Of a stretch of DNA of 64,000 bases, positions 61,820 to 64,000 are shown piece after piece. The stretch comes from Selaginella moellendorffii (taxonomy: Eukaryota; Plantae; Lycopodiophyta), in contig NW_003314274.1 in NCBI RefSeq assembly GCF_000143415.4, positions 2,710,623-2,774,622 of the forward strand, read 5' to 3'. A program made the position numbers and the translations under genes. Position 1 is the stretch's first letter; each line of letters starts with the position of its first letter. The notes beneath the pieces were generated by a model, which was not told the DNA's origin, made no database searches, and saw only the letters and a program-made list of their open reading frames with translations.

Positions 61820-62525
61820 GTGTCCGAAATGGACTCGAGTTGGAGTCCGAAGTGGAGTCCGAGATGGACTCGAGTTGGAGTCCGAAGTGGAGTCCGAGAT
61901 GGACTCGAGTTTGAGTCCGAAGTGGAGTCCGAGATGGACCCGAGTTGGAGTCCGAAGTGGAGTCCGAGGTGGACCCGAGATGGACCCGAGTTGGAGTCCG
62001 AAGTGGAGTCCGAGATGGAGTCCGAGATGGAGTCCGAGATGGAGTCCGAGGTGGACCCGAGATGGACCCGAGTTGGAGTCCGAAGTGGAGTCCGAGATGG
62101 ACCCGAGATGGAGTCCGAGATGGAGTCCGAGATGGAGTCCGAGGTGGACCCGAGATGGACCCGAAATGGAGTCCGAGATGGAGTCCGAGATGGACCCGAG
62201 ATGGAGTCCGAGATGGAGTCCGAGATGGAGTCCGAGATGGAGCCCGAGATGGACCCGAGATGGAGTCCGAGATGGAGTCCGAGATGGAGTCCGAGATGGA
62301 CCCGAGATGGACCCAAGATGGAGTCCGAGATGGAGTCCGAGATGGAGTCCGAAGTCAAGACCGAGACCGGGACCGAGACCGAGACCGAGACCGAGATCGG
62401 GACTGAGACCGAGACCGAGGCCGAGGCCGAGGCCGAGACCGAGCCCGAGCCCGAGTCCGAGTCCGAATCCGAGTCCGAGTCCGAGTCTGAGTCCGAGTCC
62501 GAGTCCGAGTCCGAGTCCGAGTCCG
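61820..62525 (+). repeat. LTR-internal tandem array of the 3' LTR
   Basis: Same units as 55770-56490 with a different count and order. Confidence 0.95.
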
Positions 62526-64000
62526 GAGCCTGAGAGGGTGAAAGCCCAAAGCGTTCGTCTCCCAGACCCTGGGGGTTTTGGTGAGCCCCAAAAGTATAGT
62601 AGGGGGAGGACTGCAGTGGAGCCAGTTTGGCCAGGAAAGGCCAGTTTGGCCCAGGAAGGCCGGACCCAGTGTTGGGTGATGAGCTGCCCACTGGGAAGTC
62701 CAAGACTAGAGTGAACACAGACCGACAAGCGGGGTAGCTTGGTGAAGTGTTCAAGAGCCGGCTCTAGTTCCCCCGGGAGATCGACTGGCCGATGCTCCCA
62801 GTCCAAGTGTGGGTGGCACTACCTACTTGGATACCTGGTGTGGCTCAACGGAACCCGCTCTAAGCCCATGGCTAGAGCACCCAAGGGCAGAAGGCGAGGA
62901 GAGTACCCAGGTGGCTCGCGTAAGGCCACGGTGTTCCGAAATGTTGTCCCAAAGGCCCAGACTGTGGAAAGGAAGAGGAGCAGTCCTCTGGGGTAGTGAC
63001 CAAGGACACAGTCGTGTGGTGAGGAAGTCCCAGAGGACCGTGGGACTTAGTGGTCGGGCCTGTGGGTCTCGGTCCTGTGGCAGTGTTGGCAAACACGGCC
63101 AGGGGCAGAAAGGGACTTAGTGGGGACTGACAGAGGGATATTGGGGAAGGCTATTCCCCTTGTCGGTGGGCATCCTAAGGATGCTAAGCAGTGGATCTGA
63201 GATGACCACTCACGGATGGTTTGCCTAGTCTTGGGGAGCCAAGACTGTGATGCAAGTGGTATTGGACTACCAGTGTGGCAAAGGTGATTGGGCATGGCCT
63301 TAGCGTAACGGGCTGCTATGTCGGTGGTACCTTTGAGTGTTGGTCATGGGATCGGACACGTGGAGCACTTGGACCAAGTGCAAATGTTGAGTGGCATGGA
63401 TGCCATTCTCGGGGCTAGCAAGTCCCAAGTCCTGGATTGGACTTATGGAGGTTGTGAATGAGACTCCTCCAAGTGGTCGGAGGTGTGGTTAAGTGACTAA
63501 AGTAGAATGGAAAATTTAGTCGCTTACAGTGAGGCCACACGCCATTCACCACTGCATCAGATGTCTTGAGGTTGCATCCTAAGATGGCGTGAGGCTACAC
63601 GCCATCTGTAACCGGACTGCACTCGAGAGCCCAATCGGTGCATGCCAATGTTGCTACTGAATGGCATGTGGCCTCATGCCATTTTCTACTTGGCCTAAAA
63701 GACTTACCATTTGAAGCCGAATGGAGGCGTGACAATCGAGGCCGGACTCGCTGGCGAATGTGCACTGTGTGTGCAGCGGATCGTAGCAGCAAGGCTACTC
63801 TGCCACTTACAGTTGGAGAGTGGCGCTGAAATCTCCCAGGACGCCAAGTGGGCTGCGTGTGGGTGGCGGAGTTGGCGGCGAAGTTACACACTGGGTGTGT
63901 CTTGAAGTGGACGCCGATGCACACAAGCGCGATGCGAGTGCAAGTGTGATGCAAGCACGAGTGGACGCCGATGCACACGAGAAACCTGTAGAGAAGGTAG

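Larger units (their letters stand above)
55540..63528 (+). mobile_element. Complete family A non-autonomous LTR retroelement (LARD-like, 7989 bp)
   Basis: 5' LTR 55540-57493; PBS TGGTATCGGAGC 57497-57508; 4.1-kb internal with no gag/pol ORF; PPT 61577-61590; 3' LTR 61591-63528; TSD GTGAG at 55535-55539 and 63529-63533. LTRs nearly identical outside the tandem array. Confidence 0.96.

Noticed and set aside
63595-63978. 127-aa minus-strand ORF as the upstream exon of the ParB-like gene
   Set aside because: Plausible position, but no motif or reliable splice model, and it is cut by the window edge.

Overview
Eukaryotic, plant-type, repeat-saturated DNA, probably from a seed-free land plant (inferred from the 5S-like sequence and a Tcn1-type element). 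It consists almost entirely of nested Ty3/Gypsy LTR retroelements, and I found no intact host gene. Main observation: one insertion at 11982-17932 (minus strand, TSD TAAAA) is bounded by two ~98% identical 194-bp LTRs carrying a 5S rRNA-derived internal promoter, the hallmark of Cassandra TRIMs. It nevertheless encloses a chromovirus gag-pol, a PPT, a foreign 1.15-kb LTR, a second PBS and a 206-bp TRIM internal. This LTR(B)-PBS-gagpol-PPT-LTR(C)-PBS-TRIM-PPT-LTR(B) layout is what heterodimeric reverse transcription of co-packaged Cassandra and chromovirus RNAs would give, and so points to Cassandra's helper element. Also present: an abundant non-coding LARD-like family (A; one complete 8-kb copy, TSD GTGAG) sharing a covarying hairpin array with tRNA T-loop-like motifs with the chromovirus 3' UTR; a 2.25-kb Tcn1-like gag/chromodomain element with a Tf1-type self-priming site; a 6.6-kb inversion shown by two split TSD pairs; a 5.5-kb cassette of captured gene pieces (receptor kinase, intron-containing TOP1, intact 661-aa ORF); and a decayed ParB/Srx-like gene. 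Most short ORFs in the track are artefacts of LTR tandem repeats.
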